DNA of 63,974 bases, counting the filler, from Vicugna vicugna (Eukaryota): the NCBI GenBank assembly GCA_013265495.1. It is 76 parts of 75 records of this genome, joined end to end, with 100 filler letters (N's around TTAATTAATTAA, not from the genome) between each part and the next. Parts side by side here need not be neighbours in the genome. Positions count along the whole stretch, not along the records: positions 62,351 to 62,762 come from MU062946.1; positions 62,863 to 63,822 come from PNXW01026797.1; positions 63,923 to 63,974 come from MU063066.1; 73 more parts are not named here. One strand, written 5' to 3'. Positions 62,562-63,974 of this stretch are shown here, one piece after another. Below the pieces are notes generated by a model, which saw only the letters and a program-made list of their open reading frames with translations, did no database searches and had not been told where the DNA came from. The position numbers and the translations under genes were made by a program. Position 1 is the stretch's first letter. Each line of letters opens with the position of its first letter.

Positions 62562-62862
62562 TCACTGACGGCCCGGCCCGCCACACCTGTCACCTGACCC
62601 ACAGTTTAGTGGGTGCCTGCTGATCTCCTTTGAGAACATAACTCAGGTCAGTGAGGATGGTCTGAGCACAAGCTGCCTGGTCTTGGGCCACAGCGAATGT
62701 TTCCCTGGGTTGGAAAACAAAAGCCAATCTGGACTGAATTCCAGTGAAATACATCACATCAANNNNNNNNNNNNNNNNNNNNNNNNNNNNNNNNNNNNNN
62801 NNNNNNTTAATTAATTAANNNNNNNNNNNNNNNNNNNNNNNNNNNNNNNNNNNNNNNNNNNN

Positions 62863-63822
62863 TATTCTAAATTCTGTGTTCAACATTGTATATTCATATT
62901 CTATATATAGTATTCGTTGTTCTATATTCTAAATTCTGTGTTCTGCATTCCATGTTCTTAATTATGTGTTCTATATTCTCTATTCTATACTTTGTGCTCA
63001 TTATTCTATATTCTATATTCTATATTCTGCATTCCGTAGTCTATATTCTATATTCTGTGTTCTATAGTCTATATTCTAAATTCTATATTCAGTAATCTGT
63101 ATTCTATATTCTAAATTCTGTGTTCTACATTCTATATTCAAAATTTTATATTCAGTATTCTGTATTCTATAGTCTAAACACGATATTGTGCATTCCATGT
63201 TCTAAATTCTCGTTTCTGTATTCTGTTTTCCATATTCTAAATTCTGTGTTCTACATTCTATATTCTGTACTCAATATTCTGCATTCCGTATTCTACATTC
63301 CATATTCTGTGTTCTACATTCTATTTTCTAAATTTTATATTCATTATTCTGTATTATATACTCTAAATTCCGTGTTCTGCATTACATGTTCTAAATTTTG
63401 GGTTCTATATTCTATTTTCCAGATTCTATATTATGTGTTCTACATTCTATATTAGTATTGTGTATTATGCATGCCTTATTCTATATTCTGTGTTCTACAT
63501 TCTATATTCTTAATTCTTTATTCAGTATTCTTTATTCTATATTCTAAATTCTCTGTTCTGCATTCCATTTCTAAATTCTGCGTTCTATATTCTCTATTCT
63601 ATATTGTATATTTTGTGTTCTTCATTTTATATTGTATATTCTATATTCTTCATTCCTTTGTCTATATTCTATATTCTGTGTTATTCATTCTATATTCTAA
63701 ATTCTATATACAGTATTCTGCATTCTATATTCTAAACTCTGTGTTCTGTATTCTATATCATATATTGTATATTCTGTATGCCGTATTCTATATTCAGTGT
63801 TCTACATTCTATATTCTAAATT
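62863..63822 (+). repeat. SatE heptamer satellite
   Basis: Continuous 7-bp register, e.g. ttctgca ttccatg and ttctata ttctaaa ttctgtg. Confidence 0.95.
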
Positions 63823-63922
63823 NNNNNNNNNNNNNNNNNNNNNNNNNNNNNNNNNNNNNNNNNNNNTTAATTAATTAANNNNNNNNNNNNNNNNNNNNNN
63901 NNNNNNNNNNNNNNNNNNNNNN

Positions 63923-63974
63923 ACAAATACCCTCAACTCAGGAATGCATGTTTGTCAAATCCGTCATTTATGTA
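63923..63974 (+). repeat. SatA fragment
   Basis: ctcaactcaggaatgcatgtttgtc. Confidence 0.85.

Overview
This is not a contiguous locus. It is a concatenation of about 76 short (50 bp to 1.5 kb) unplaced mammalian scaffolds joined by an artificial 100-bp linker (N44-TTAATTAATTAA-N44, about 75 copies), so adjacency between segments has no biological meaning. A tRNA-Ala(AGC)-derived SINE of the camelid Vic-1 type points to a camelid (alpaca, llama or camel). Nearly half of the scaffolds are tandem repeats, labelled here A to E. SatA is AT-rich, with ~247-bp monomers in a trimeric higher-order repeat. SatC (~248-250 bp) is homologous to SatA. SatB is GC-rich (267 bp), and SatD (260-266 bp) is its diverged relative. 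SatE is built from TTC-initiated heptamers with a 63-bp higher-order unit. There is also a separate PstI-rich 63-bp minisatellite. The remainder is L1, L2, MIR, MLT and SINE fragments, microsatellites, two promoter-like CpG fragments, a frameshifted IGLV9-like V segment with its RSS, and the 3' end of an HSFY-like gene. The HSFY-like copy carries a frameshifting deletion and, further downstream, a -1 deletion offset by a 25-bp duplication. No intact protein-coding gene is present, and most listed ORFs are artefacts of N-runs or satellites. I found no convincing new molecular system. The most interesting signals are the satellite relationships and higher-order structures and the HSFY-like copy. 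Family assignments are from recalled consensus or protein sequences; no database search was run.
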